This document shows positions 33,707-43,667 of a stretch of 43,681 bases of DNA, one piece after another. The stretch's first letter is position 1, and the number at the start of each line of letters is the position of its first letter. Location of the stretch: positions 1-43,681 of the forward strand of contig CAJPPJ010000001.1 of assembly GCA_905372515.1 (NCBI GenBank), given 5' to 3'. The DNA is from an uncultured Eubacteriales bacterium. GTDB taxonomy: Bacteria; Bacillota_I; Bacilli_A; RF39; UBA660. A model generated the notes under the pieces. It worked only from the letters and a program-made list of their open reading frames with translations. It had not been told where the DNA came from and ran no database searches. A program made the translations under genes and the position numbers.

Positions 33707-35421
33707 TATCAAAAGGAACAATAATAGGGGATAGATATGAAATAATAAAGTCTTTAGGAGAAGGAGGAATGGCTAATGTATATTTAGCTAATGATATTCT
33801 TCTTAATAGAGAAGTTGCCATAAAAATGTTAAGAGGTGAACTTTCTAACGAAGATAAGTTTATTAAGCGTTTTCAAAGAGAAGCATTAGCATTATCATCA
33901 TCTTCTATATCACATCCAAATATAGTTCAAATGTATGATTTAGGTGAAGAAAATAATAATCATTACATAGTTATGGAATATGTAAAAGGTAATACATTAA
34001 AACATTTACTTAATAAAAGAGGACATTTAACTTTAACAGAAGCAGTTGATATTATGCTTCAATTAACTGAAGGAATATCACATGCTCATAAATCTTATAT
34101 TATTCATAGAGATTTAAAACCTCAAAATATAATGATAGAAGATAATGGATTAGTAAAAATAGCTGATTTTGGAATAGCTATAGCATTAAATGCTGCTCAA
34201 CTAACTCAAACTAATTCAGTTATGGGATCAGTTCATTATTTACCTCCTGAACAAGCTGGAGGTCACAAAGCTACAATAAAATCAGATATTTATTCTTTAG
34301 GTATAATGTTTTATGAATTATTAACAGGTGTGCTTCCTTTTAGAGGAGAAAATGCCGTAGAAATAGCATTAAAGCATATGAAAACGCCTATAGAATCAGT
34401 AAAAAAATATAACGAAAATATTCCTCAAAGTGTAGAAAATATTATATTAAAAGCTACAGCAAAAAATCCTAAAAATAGATATAATGATGTAAATGAGATG
34501 CATCAAGATTTATTATATTGTTTAAATGAAGAAGTAAAAAATCAACCTAAAGTAGTATTTAAGTATCCAGAATTTAATTTTGAAGAAGCACCAAAGATGA
34601 TTATTGCAAATCCAGAGAAAAAAAGTGATACTAAAGAAGAAAAAGTAATTAATAAAAGTTATATTCCTGAGGAAAAAGAAGAGGAAGAAAAAGAAGTAAA
34701 AAAAGAAAAAAACTTATTAAAAATACTTGCTATAATCTTAATTTTAATAGTATTAGTTTTAGGTGGAATATTTATATTTACTAAATACTTTAATGCTAAT
34801 AAAACTGTTAAAATACCAAATGTTTCTAATCTTTCTAGAGAAGATGCAGAAAGTGTTTTAAAAGAAAATGGTATATCAGTAAATAGTGAAGTAAAACAAA
34901 TTGAAAGTGATACTATAGAAAAAGGTAAAGTTGTAAAAACTGATCCTAGTATAGGTACTAGTGTAAAAAAAGGAAGAAGTATTACAATATATGTCTCTTC
35001 AGGAGAAAATAAATTTATAGTAGAAAATTATAAAAATTTAAATTTTTTAACAGTAAAAACTAAATTAGAAGAAGTATATAAAATGAAAGTAGTAGAAAAG
35101 AAAAAAGAAGTAGAAAGCCTAGATTCTATTGATCAATATACTATTTTAGATCAAGAACCTAAAGAAGGATCTAAACTTAGTATAGGAGATACTATTACTT
35201 TATATACACCTGATATATATGAAAAATATCCAGATTTTGTTAAAGATAAATGGACTATTCAAAGAGTAAGAGACTTTGCAAGAAAATATAATATAAATCT
35301 TCAAGAAGAAGCAGTAGATTCTGAAAAGACAAAAGATACTATTATTAGACAAAATAGACAAGCTGGTACTAAAATAGAAGCAAATGCTACATTATCAGTT
35401 AGTTATTCTAAAGGTAAGTAA
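33703..35421 (+). CDS. prkC: PASTA-domain Ser/Thr protein kinase PrkC.
   Basis: Hanks kinase motifs (GEGGMANVY, AIK, HRDLKPQN, DFG, YLPPE), a TM segment, and three PASTA-like repeats. GTG start overlaps the stp stop. Confidence 0.9.
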   Translation: MISKGTIIGDRYEIIKSLGEGGMANVYLANDILLNREVAIKMLRGELSNEDKFIKRFQREALALSSSSISHPNIVQMYDLGEENNNHYIVMEYVKGNTLKHLLNKRGHLTLTEAVDIMLQLTEGISHAHKSYIIHRDLKPQNIMIEDNGLVKIADFGIAIALNAAQLTQTNSVMGSVHYLPPEQAGGHKATIKSDIYSLGIMFYELLTGVLPFRGENAVEIALKHMKTPIESVKKYNENIPQSVENIILKATAKNPKNRYNDVNEMHQDLLYCLNEEVKNQPKVVFKYPEFNFEEAPKMIIANPEKKSDTKEEKVINKSYIPEEKEEEEKEVKKEKNLLKILAIILILIVLVLGGIFIFTKYFNANKTVKIPNVSNLSREDAESVLKENGISVNSEVKQIESDTIEKGKVVKTDPSIGTSVKKGRSITIYVSSGENKFIVENYKNLNFLTVKTKLEEVYKMKVVEKKKEVESLDSIDQYTILDQEPKEGSKLSIGDTITLYTPDIYEKYPDFVKDKWTIQRVRDFARKYNINLQEEAVDSEKTKDTIIRQNRQAGTKIEANATLSVSYSKGK

Positions 35422-35423
35422 TC

Positions 35424-36041
35424 ATGAAAGTAGGAGTGTCAATACTTAATTCAAGTAATGTAAAAAGAGATTTGGAATTACTAAGTAATACAACTTGTGA
35501 TTATTTTCACATAGATGTTATGGATAAAAAATTTGTTACTAATAAAAATGATCCATACGATATTTTAAAATGTTATGAAAATTTATATAACAAAAGATTA
35601 GATATTCATCTTATGTGTGAAAACCCATTACCTTATATAAATAAATATATAAATTTAAATACAGAATTTATTACTATTCATATTGAAATAAAAGAAGATA
35701 TTGAAAAAATAATTAATCATATAAAAGAATATGGAATTAAAGTAGGACTTGCTATAAAACCATCTACTGATGTAAGATGTATAGAACCTTTTTTAGATGA
35801 TATAGATTTAGTTTTACTTATGTCAGTTGAACCTGGTTATGGAGGACAAAAATTTATTTTATCTACTGAAAGAAAAATAAAGGAATTAAAGGACTTAATA
35901 AAGAACAAAAACATATTAATTTCAGTAGATGGAGGAATTGATAATCTTACTAAAGAATTTGTTCAAGAAGCAGATATATTAGTAAGTGGTAGTTATGTAT
36001 TAAAAGGTAATTATGAAGAAAGGATAGAGTCATTAAAATGA
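35424..36041 (+). CDS. rpe: Ribulose-phosphate 3-epimerase.
   Basis: HIDVMD, DIHLM, MSVEPGYGGQKF, VDGG and VSGS motifs. Confidence 0.85.
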   Translation: MKVGVSILNSSNVKRDLELLSNTTCDYFHIDVMDKKFVTNKNDPYDILKCYENLYNKRLDIHLMCENPLPYINKYINLNTEFITIHIEIKEDIEKIINHIKEYGIKVGLAIKPSTDVRCIEPFLDDIDLVLLMSVEPGYGGQKFILSTERKIKELKDLIKNKNILISVDGGIDNLTKEFVQEADILVSGSYVLKGNYEERIESLK

Positions 36042-36586
36042 AAAAAATATTATTTGTTATATGTTTAGCATTAATATTAACTTCTTGTAGTAAGCTTAAA
36101 ATAGATATATCTAAAGATGGTGATACTATAGATTATATAAAGACTGAAAATAAGAAAGATAAAGTAACAACTATTACAAATCCAGGAAGTTTAAATGAAT
36201 ATATAAAAGCTAAAAAATATAATAAACTAACTAAAAAAGAAGAAGATGTTTATGTTAAAATCAATTCTATTAAAGAAGCAGATAATGAAGATTTAGAATT
36301 GTATAATAAGACTCATGATAAGAAGTTAATTGTTCCAACTGGTACTAAATTATATAAATTAAATTATGATATTAAATTATCTAATTTTAAAACTACTGAT
36401 GATATGGAAAACGGTAGTATTGATATTAAAATTATAGATAAAACTTCTAAAGTTTTAACAGAAATATATTATTTAAAAGAGTCAGAAGGTCTTAAGACTA
36501 ATGAAACTGGTAATGTTTCAATTTTATTTATATTAAGTGATAAAGAAGATTTTATAGTAAATATTGGAGGAAGTTATATAAGATGA
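36038..36586 (+). CDS. Lipoprotein of unknown function.
   Basis: Signal peptide MKKILFVICLALILTSC with lipobox L-T-S-C. ATGA overlaps on both sides. Confidence 0.7.
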   Translation: MKKILFVICLALILTSCSKLKIDISKDGDTIDYIKTENKKDKVTTITNPGSLNEYIKAKKYNKLTKKEEDVYVKINSIKEADNEDLELYNKTHDKKLIVPTGTKLYKLNYDIKLSNFKTTDDMENGSIDIKIIDKTSKVLTEIYYLKESEGLKTNETGNVSILFILSDKEDFIVNIGGSYIR

Positions 36587-37704
36587 TTTATTTAGATTAT
36601 TCTGCAACTACAAAATGTGATAAAGATATATTAGATACATATGTTAAAGTAAGTGAAGAATATTTTGCTAATAGTTCATCTCAATATTTACTTGCTTATC
36701 AAGTAAAAGATTTAATAGATACTGCTACACAAAAAGTAGCAGATCTTTTTTCAGTAAAATCAAGTGAAATAATTTACACTTCATCTGCAACAGAAGCAAA
36801 TAATACTGCAATAAAAGGAATAGTTTATTATCAAAATAGAACTAAAAAAATAATTACATCTACTAAAATACATTCTAGTATTAAAGAAACTTTAAAATAT
36901 ATGAATACTTTAGGTTATGAAGTTTATTTTTTAAAAAATGATAGTACGGGTAGAATAGACCTCGATGATTTGAAAAAAAATATAATGTCAGCTTCATTAG
37001 TTACAATTCCTTTAATATCTAGTGAAGTAGGTATTATAGAAGATATAGAAGAAATTAAAAAAATTGTTAAAACAAACTCAAGATGTTTATTACATGTAGA
37101 TGCTACACAAGCTGTAGGGAAGATACTCTTTAATATGGATGATATAGATATGCTTAGTTTGTCAGCACATAAACTTTTTGGTATTAAAAATAGTGGAATG
37201 TTAATAAAAAAAGAAAAAGTTAATTTAATACCATTAATTCATGGTGGATTATCTACGACAATATATAGAAGTGGAACAGCAGATCAAGCTAGTATTGTTT
37301 GTATGGCTAAAACACTTAGAAAAGCATTGGAAAATGTAGAAGAAAAATTTCATTATGTTAATAAAATAAGACAAGATTTAATAGAATTTTTTGCAAAATA
37401 TGAAAAGATAAAATTAAATTCTTCTACTTATACTAGTCCATATATATTAAACTTATCTTTTTTAGGGATAAAAATAGAAAGTTTTATTCATAAGATGGAA
37501 GAGGAAGAAATATACTTATCTACTAAAAGTGCTTGTAGTAATGATAAATTATTAAGTGATGAAGTATATTCATTATTTAATGACGAAGAAAGAGCAAAAA
37601 CATCTTTTAGAATATCTATTTCATATAAAACAACAAAAGAAGAAATAACAAAATTTAAAGATATTTTTGATAAAGTATATAATCTTTTTATCAATATGAA
37701 ATAA
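36583..37704 (+). CDS. Cysteine desulfurase (NifS/IscS-like class V aminotransferase).
   Basis: YLDYSATT, HVDATQAVGK, SAHKLFG (PLP Lys), RSGT and STKSACS (catalytic Cys). Confidence 0.85.
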   Translation: MIYLDYSATTKCDKDILDTYVKVSEEYFANSSSQYLLAYQVKDLIDTATQKVADLFSVKSSEIIYTSSATEANNTAIKGIVYYQNRTKKIITSTKIHSSIKETLKYMNTLGYEVYFLKNDSTGRIDLDDLKKNIMSASLVTIPLISSEVGIIEDIEEIKKIVKTNSRCLLHVDATQAVGKILFNMDDIDMLSLSAHKLFGIKNSGMLIKKEKVNLIPLIHGGLSTTIYRSGTADQASIVCMAKTLRKALENVEEKFHYVNKIRQDLIEFFAKYEKIKLNSSTYTSPYILNLSFLGIKIESFIHKMEEEEIYLSTKSACSNDKLLSDEVYSLFNDEERAKTSFRISISYKTTKEEITKFKDIFDKVYNLFINMK

Positions 37705-37714
37705 GTATTAATAG

Positions 37715-37736
37715 ACACATATTTTATGTGTTTTTA
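37715..37736 (+). terminator. Rho-independent terminator.
   Basis: Stem acacata / tatgtgt followed by a T run. Confidence 0.55.
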
Positions 37737-37845
37737 TTTAGTAAAAACCTACTTCTTAAAAGAAAAACATATCATAATCTTATTTAAAATTAATAGAACT
37801 TAAGTTAATAATATGTTATACTTTAAAAGTAGAGAAGAGGTTGTT

Positions 37846-38163
37846 ATGGATTTATTTATTATATTAATTTTATTATTAATAGTTATATTTTATTTTAGAA
37901 AATTTTCATCTTTTGTATATGCTTTTGCATTAATTGATATTTTCTTAAGAATGCTTAATTTTATTAGAATTTATACTGCTAAATCAGTACCTGAATTAAG
38001 TCATTTACTATATAGATATTTTCCAAGTGATTTACTAAGTGTAGTAGCTAAGTATATTTCAAGAAATTCTATTTTATTTATTATTATTGCATGGGGATTT
38101 TTGATTTTATATATGTGTTTTTGGTTTTATAACTTTAAATACTTTTTAAAGAAAGGAAAATAA
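37846..38163 (+). CDS. Small three-TM membrane protein.
   Basis: 105 aa and hydrophobic. ATG 37846 follows GAAGAGG. The upstream ATG 37813 lies inside a TGTTATACT -10-like element. Confidence 0.55.
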   Translation: MDLFIILILLLIVIFYFRKFSSFVYAFALIDIFLRMLNFIRIYTAKSVPELSHLLYRYFPSDLLSVVAKYISRNSILFIIIAWGFLILYMCFWFYNFKYFLKKGK

Positions 38164-38164
38164 T

Positions 38165-38956
38165 ATGATAGAAGCAATTATTTTAGGAATAGTTCAAGGT
38201 GTTACAGAATTTTTACCTGTTTCATCATCTGCTCATTTAATAATTTTTAGAGAAGTATTTAATATAGGTTCATCTATTTCTAAGTATGGACTTGCTTTTG
38301 ATTTAGCTCTTCATGTTGGGACGCTTCTTGCAGTTGTAATTTTTTTCTTTTCAGATTTATGGAAAATTTTTATTCAAGGTATTACAAAACCAAAAGAAAA
38401 TAAATTATTTTATTATCTTATTGTTGCAACAATACCTGCTGCTTTAGCAGGTATTTTACTTGAAGACTTGATAGATTCTATTTTTAGAAACAATTTAATT
38501 ATTATAGGTTGTGGTTTAATAATTATGGGTGTTGTTTTATACATAGCAGATAGCTTTAATAAAGAAAAAAAATCTTTAGAAAAAATTACATTAAAAGATG
38601 CTATTTTGATTGGTATAATGCAAACTTTTGCTCTAATTCCAGGTTTTTCAAGAAGTGGAACTACAATATCTACAGCAAGAATGTTAAAAATTAATAGAGA
38701 AGATGCTACTAAATTTTCATTTTTCTTATCTATTCCTGTTATAGCAGGTGGAGCTTTATTAAAACTTTTAAAACATTCTAAAGAAGTTATGAATCATTTA
38801 AGTATTTTTAGTATAGGTACAATTACTTCTTTTATTGTAGGAATATTAACTATTAAATTTTTATTAAAATATTTAAAGAAAAATGATTTCAGTATCTTTA
38901 TGTGGTGGAGAGTACTACTTGGATTATTTATAATTTTCTTTGTAATTTTTAAATAG
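38165..38956 (+). CDS. uppP: Undecaprenyl-diphosphate phosphatase.
   Basis: GIVQGVTEFLPVSSSAHL and PGFSRSGTTIS signatures. 8 TM segments. Confidence 0.95.
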   Translation: MIEAIILGIVQGVTEFLPVSSSAHLIIFREVFNIGSSISKYGLAFDLALHVGTLLAVVIFFFSDLWKIFIQGITKPKENKLFYYLIVATIPAALAGILLEDLIDSIFRNNLIIIGCGLIIMGVVLYIADSFNKEKKSLEKITLKDAILIGIMQTFALIPGFSRSGTTISTARMLKINREDATKFSFFLSIPVIAGGALLKLLKHSKEVMNHLSIFSIGTITSFIVGILTIKFLLKYLKKNDFSIFMWWRVLLGLFIIFFVIFK

Positions 38957-38989
38957 TATTATATAATTATCTTAAGGAGGATTGAAAAT

Positions 38990-39559
38990 ATGAACACTGG
39001 ATTAATAGTTGTTTTAGTAATAGTAGGAATAATTTCTATAATAGCTTTATGGTTTATTCTAACTTATAACGGATTAACTGTAGCATATTCTAGAGTAGAA
39101 GAAGCTTTTTCTCATATGGACATATATTTAAAGAAAAGATTCGATTTAATACCTAATCTAGTAGAAACTACAAAAGGTATGGCTAAACATGAAGAAGCTA
39201 TATTTACAAGAGTAGCAGAAGCAAGAAGTGGAGTATTAAATGCTAAAACTGTAGGAGAAAAAGTAGAAGCTGAAAATAATTTTAGTGCTGCTATTAGAGG
39301 ACTTGTTGCAACATATGAAAATTATCCACAAATTACTGCAACAGCAGGATTTCAAGAATTAATGGGTAGTTTAAAAGAAATAGAAAAAGAAATTTCATCT
39401 ACAAGAGAATTTTACAATGGTGCAGTTAGAATATTTAACAATAAAGTATTAGTATTTCCAACTGTATTAATTGCAAATATGTTTGGATTTAAAAAACAAC
39501 CTTACTTTGAAGTTAAAGACGAAAAAGAAAGAGAAAATGTTAAAGTAAGCTTTGAATAA
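38990..39559 (+). CDS. lemA: LemA family protein.
   Basis: N-terminal TM segment, YNGL..V.EA.S.MD..LKKRFDLIPNLVETTKG, ENYPQ..A...F..L, and REFYNG.V..FN. Confidence 0.9.
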   Translation: MNTGLIVVLVIVGIISIIALWFILTYNGLTVAYSRVEEAFSHMDIYLKKRFDLIPNLVETTKGMAKHEEAIFTRVAEARSGVLNAKTVGEKVEAENNFSAAIRGLVATYENYPQITATAGFQELMGSLKEIEKEISSTREFYNGAVRIFNNKVLVFPTVLIANMFGFKKQPYFEVKDEKERENVKVSFE

Positions 39560-39568
39560 AATGCTTAG

Positions 39569-39606
39569 AAAAAGAAAAATAATTTATGTTGTTTTTCTTT
39601 TTTTTA
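39569..39606 (+). terminator. Weak AT-rich hairpin terminator.
   Basis: Stem aaaaagaaaaa / tttttcttttt with a 12-nt loop and a T run. Confidence 0.35.
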
Positions 39607-39643
39607 TGATATTATTTAAGTATAGGAGAGTAGGAGATTAGTT

Positions 39644-41533
39644 ATGAAAAATATCAAAAAAATATTTTTGTTAATGGTGTTACTTTTATCTTCAATATCA
39701 GTATTTGCATATGGTAATGAAGAAGAAGCATTTCATTATGATCGAATCCATATGGATATCAAAATAAAAGAAAAAGGTATCATAGAAGTTACGGAAACTA
39801 GAGATACAGTATTTAAGCAGTCTAGAAGAGGAATATTTTTTAATTTATCTGAAAATTATAGATTATCTGCTGATGGTAAAATAATCACAAGAAAATTTAA
39901 TATATATGATGTTAAAGTATTATCTGGACATTCTAATAAAATAACAAGAAATAGTAGTACTGTTAATATAAGACTTGGTAATCCTGATTATTATGCTAAT
40001 ACCAATGAAAAATATGTTGTTACATATAAAATATTAACTAAAGATTTAGGACTTAATAAAGAACTATTTTATTATAATTTAATAGGTAATGAAGCAACAT
40101 ATACAAATAAATTAACTTTTAAAATTACTAGTTATAAAGATACAGACTTTAGTAAAATGAAGTTTTATAAAGGTAGTGGAAGTACTACAGAATTTACAAA
40201 TTTAAAAACAACTATTACTAATAATTCAATAGAAGGTGAAGTATTAGAGCCTTTTAAATCAGGTGAACCTTTTACAGTAATAAATAATTTTGAAAAAGGT
40301 TATTATGCTTATCCAACTTCTAAAAGTATAACTATTTCTATATTATTTATAGTATTAGGAATCATCATAGTAGTAATTATATTTGTTATACATACTGCTA
40401 AAGGAAAAGATGATGAAATAATAGAACAAATTACTATGAAAATACCTGATGGACTTAATTCAGCAGATGTAGCATATTTATTTGAAAATATGACTACTAG
40501 AAAAGCAGTTATGTCATTATTGTTTCAATTAGCTAATGAAAATTTCATTAAAATAGATGCAGAAAAAAATAAATTTTTAATTACAAAACTTAAAAATTAT
40601 GATGGAGAAGATAAAGCTAAAAGAAGAGTCATGACAATGATTTTTTACGATAATAAAACAGAAGTAGATTTAACTAAATCTAGTACTAGATTAGGTAAAG
40701 AATTGTTTTATGGATTTTCTGCTGTTGCTACTATAACAGAAAATAAATTTAAAAAAGAAAAAGCAATATATAACCATAATTCATCTTTATTAGTATTATT
40801 TGGAATTATAATATCTTTAATGCAAATATTATATCTAATGTTTTCATCATATTCAGTATCAAATAAATTATTTATGGGTTCTAATTGGTCAATTTTTTTA
40901 ATAATTTTTATTTATAATATTAGCTTAGTTTCTATCTTAGAAAAATCATATGTAAAACTTAAAAATAATAGTAATATTGTAATGGGAATTATATTTACTA
41001 TTTTAATATCAGGATTTGGATATTTGTATATAATACCTTATATGGAATTAGATGTATTAACAATATCATTTGTTGATGTAGTATTTACTACTGTATGTGT
41101 ATTAGCAACAATAATAATACCTTTTTTAGGTAAAAGAACAGAATATGGTAATAAAATGTTAGGTCAAGTAAAAGGACTTTATACTTTTATAAAATATACA
41201 AAAGAAGATAAAATAAAAATGTTCTTAGATGAAAATCCTAATTTATTCTTTGATATATTACCAGTAGCATTTGCATTTGGACTTACTAAAAAATGGTTAG
41301 ATTTATTTAAAGATATGAATATAGAATCAATGGATAATTCATATATGTATACATATGCAACAATTAATTATTTATCAGATTTTAATAATAATATAGATTC
41401 TATAATGCCTTCATATACAGAATATAGATCAGAAGTATATAGCTCATCATCTGGATCTTCAGGATCAGGTGGAGGATATAGTGGATCTGGTGGTGGAGGA
41501 TTTGGTGGTTCTTCATCATCTGGATCTTGGTAA
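39644..41533 (+). CDS. DUF2207-type membrane protein, the usual LemA partner.
   Basis: Signal or TM segment, an extracytoplasmic domain, several TM segments, and a C-terminal Gly/Ser tail SSSGSSGSGGGYSGSGGGGFGGSSSSGSW typical of DUF2207. It lies immediately downstream of lemA. Confidence 0.75.
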   Translation: MKNIKKIFLLMVLLLSSISVFAYGNEEEAFHYDRIHMDIKIKEKGIIEVTETRDTVFKQSRRGIFFNLSENYRLSADGKIITRKFNIYDVKVLSGHSNKITRNSSTVNIRLGNPDYYANTNEKYVVTYKILTKDLGLNKELFYYNLIGNEATYTNKLTFKITSYKDTDFSKMKFYKGSGSTTEFTNLKTTITNNSIEGEVLEPFKSGEPFTVINNFEKGYYAYPTSKSITISILFIVLGIIIVVIIFVIHTAKGKDDEIIEQITMKIPDGLNSADVAYLFENMTTRKAVMSLLFQLANENFIKIDAEKNKFLITKLKNYDGEDKAKRRVMTMIFYDNKTEVDLTKSSTRLGKELFYGFSAVATITENKFKKEKAIYNHNSSLLVLFGIIISLMQILYLMFSSYSVSNKLFMGSNWSIFLIIFIYNISLVSILEKSYVKLKNNSNIVMGIIFTILISGFGYLYIIPYMELDVLTISFVDVVFTTVCVLATIIIPFLGKRTEYGNKMLGQVKGLYTFIKYTKEDKIKMFLDENPNLFFDILPVAFAFGLTKKWLDLFKDMNIESMDNSYMYTYATINYLSDFNNNIDSIMPSYTEYRSEVYSSSSGSSGSGGGYSGSGGGGFGGSSSSGSW

Positions 41534-41567
41534 AAGCAATAGTCATATTGCTTTTTCTTTTTTTAAT
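41533..41567 (+). terminator. Rho-independent terminator.
   Basis: Stem aaagcaata / tattgcttt with loop gtca, then a T-rich tract. Confidence 0.65.
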
Positions 41568-41577
41568 ACTATTAAAA

Positions 41578-41586
41578 TGTTATAAT
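41578..41586 (+). promoter_or_regulatory. Extended -10 element TGTTATAAT placed 6 nt before the xerD ATG (leaderless candidate).
   Basis: The exact 9-mer ends at 41586 and the ATG is at 41593. There is no SD in between. Confidence 0.45.
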
Positions 41587-41592
41587 TAACAT

Positions 41593-42489
41593 ATGATGAA
41601 ACAAGAAATGGATGATTTTTTGGAATTTATAAAAATAGAAAAAGGACTAAGTGAAAACACTTATATATCATATAAAAATGATTTAGATATTTATTATGAA
41701 TATTTAGTAGCTAATAAAATATTTGAGATAAGTAACGTTAAATCAAAAGATATAATAAACTTTATAGAAAAATATAAAGATAATAATAAAACAACAACAA
41801 TAGCACATAAATTAACTGTTATTAAATCTTTACATAGTTATTTATATGAAACAAAAAAAATCAAAGAAAATGTAGCAGAAAATATTAAAAGGCCTAAACT
41901 TAAAAAAGTTCTTCCTAAAGCTTTAACTCATGAAGAAATTAATAAACTTTTAGATATAGATCTTGATACTATTCAAAATATAAGACTTAAAGCTATGCTA
42001 GAAATGTTATATGCTACAGGATTTAGATCTAGTGAATTACTTAATTTAAAAATGCAAGATATAGATATGGTTAACTATATAATTAGATGTAAAGGAAAAG
42101 GAAATAAAGAAAGAATAGTTCCTATGAGTGAAGTTACCTTAAAATATTTAAAAAAGTATTTAGAAGTTAGACCTATGTTTTTTAAGAAAGAAAAACCATC
42201 AGATTTCGTGTTTTTATCTAAAAGAGGTACAAATATCAATAGAACTACTTTTTTTAAAGAAATAAAGGATATACTAATAAAAAAAGATATAAATTATAAT
42301 ATATCTCCACATAGTTTAAGACACTCATTTGCTACTCATTTATTAGAAGGAGGAGCAGATTTAAAAAGTATTCAGTTTATGATGGGACATTCTGATATAT
42401 CAACTACAAAAATATATACAAAAATAGCAAATTCTAAACTAAAAGATGAGTATACTATATCTCATCCTAGAAGTAAAAGAGGTAATTAA
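41593..42489 (+). CDS. xerD: Tyrosine recombinase XerD.
   Basis: R (ATGFRSSEL), HSLRHSFATHLL and GHSDISTTKIYT catalytic signature. Conserved xerD-deoB neighbourhood. Confidence 0.9.
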   Translation: MMKQEMDDFLEFIKIEKGLSENTYISYKNDLDIYYEYLVANKIFEISNVKSKDIINFIEKYKDNNKTTTIAHKLTVIKSLHSYLYETKKIKENVAENIKRPKLKKVLPKALTHEEINKLLDIDLDTIQNIRLKAMLEMLYATGFRSSELLNLKMQDIDMVNYIIRCKGKGNKERIVPMSEVTLKYLKKYLEVRPMFFKKEKPSDFVFLSKRGTNINRTTFFKEIKDILIKKDINYNISPHSLRHSFATHLLEGGADLKSIQFMMGHSDISTTKIYTKIANSKLKDEYTISHPRSKRGN

Positions 42490-42491
42490 TT

Positions 42492-43667
42492 ATGAAATTT
42501 AAAAGAATATTTTTACTTATTATTGAAGGAATAGGAGTAGGGGAAGCAAGTGATGCTTTAACATATTCAGATAGTGGAGTAAATACACTAAAACATGTTT
42601 TAGATAATAATAATTTAGTATTACCAAATCTTTCTAAATTAGGTTTTTTAAGCACTTTAAATATGAGTGAAAACAATAATGTAACTGCTGATTATACTAT
42701 TGCAAGACCTAATAATTATGGTAAAGATGATTTAAGTAATTATTATGAATTATTTGGAATTGCTAATTTAAATGAATTTAAAGATTTTTCTAAATTACAA
42801 ACTTTTCCAGTAGAATTAATAGAAAATTTAGAACAAATCACAAATTATAGAATAATAGGGAATAGAATATTAAATGACAAAAATGAAATAATAAATGAAT
42901 TAGGGGAAAGACATTTAAATTATGGATCATTAATACTATATTCAACTAGTAATTCTACTATTGAAATATCAGCACATGAAGATATTATTCCTATTTCAAA
43001 ATTATTTGAATATGCAGAAAAAATAAGAAAATTTACTGAAAAAGATACAAGATTTACAGTATCTAGAGTTATAGCAAGAAGTTTTAATGGATATAAAAAA
43101 GGAGAATTCAAATTTACTGATGAAAAAACTTTTATAAGTAATGTTCCTAATTGTTATACAAAAGAAATAATTAAACAAAATAAAGAGGTTATATCAATAG
43201 GTAATTTTCAAGATTATCTTTCAAAAGAAGCTGTTACTAAGATAATAAAAGCATCTTCAAGTAATATAAATACTATAAATAAATTAATAGATATTATTGA
43301 TAAAAAATTTGAGGGATTATGTATTACTTCATTTACAGAATTAAAAGAAGCAGGTAGTAAAAAGGATATAAATAAGTATTCTTATTTACTAGAAGAATTA
43401 GATGTAGAAATACCACTTTTATTAAATAAACTTGATAAAGATGACTTATTAATAATTACTTCTGATACAGGCATCGATTTAATGAAAAATGAAGTAGGGA
43501 ATACTAGAGAAAATGTACCAGTTATTGTTTATAGTAGAAATTTAACTGAGAGTACTATACTCCCTATTTTAGATACTAAATCAGATATAGCAGCTACTAT
43601 AGCAGATAATTTTGATATTGATAACTACACTACTTTTGGTAAAAGTTTTTTAGATAAATTAAAATAA
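42492..43667 (+). CDS. deoB: Phosphopentomutase (DeoB/Drm) homologue with degenerate active-site motifs.
   Basis: Collinear with DeoB over its whole length (KRIFLLI..GIGVGEASDA, SLILYSTSNSTIEISAHE, VSRVIARSF, DDLLIITSD, NTRENVP). The canonical DS, TGHWE, DFDxxxGH, DHG and HTRE motifs are altered. Confidence 0.7.
   Translation: MKFKRIFLLIIEGIGVGEASDALTYSDSGVNTLKHVLDNNNLVLPNLSKLGFLSTLNMSENNNVTADYTIARPNNYGKDDLSNYYELFGIANLNEFKDFSKLQTFPVELIENLEQITNYRIIGNRILNDKNEIINELGERHLNYGSLILYSTSNSTIEISAHEDIIPISKLFEYAEKIRKFTEKDTRFTVSRVIARSFNGYKKGEFKFTDEKTFISNVPNCYTKEIIKQNKEVISIGNFQDYLSKEAVTKIIKASSSNINTINKLIDIIDKKFEGLCITSFTELKEAGSKKDINKYSYLLEELDVEIPLLLNKLDKDDLLIITSDTGIDLMKNEVGNTRENVPVIVYSRNLTESTILPILDTKSDIAATIADNFDIDNYTTFGKSFLDKLK

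Noticed and set aside
41593-42489. The tyrosine recombinase as a phage or ICE integrase marking a mobile element.
   Set aside because: It is about 298 aa with XerD-type motifs and sits in the conserved xerD-deoB housekeeping neighbourhood. No att-like repeats or cargo genes flank it.
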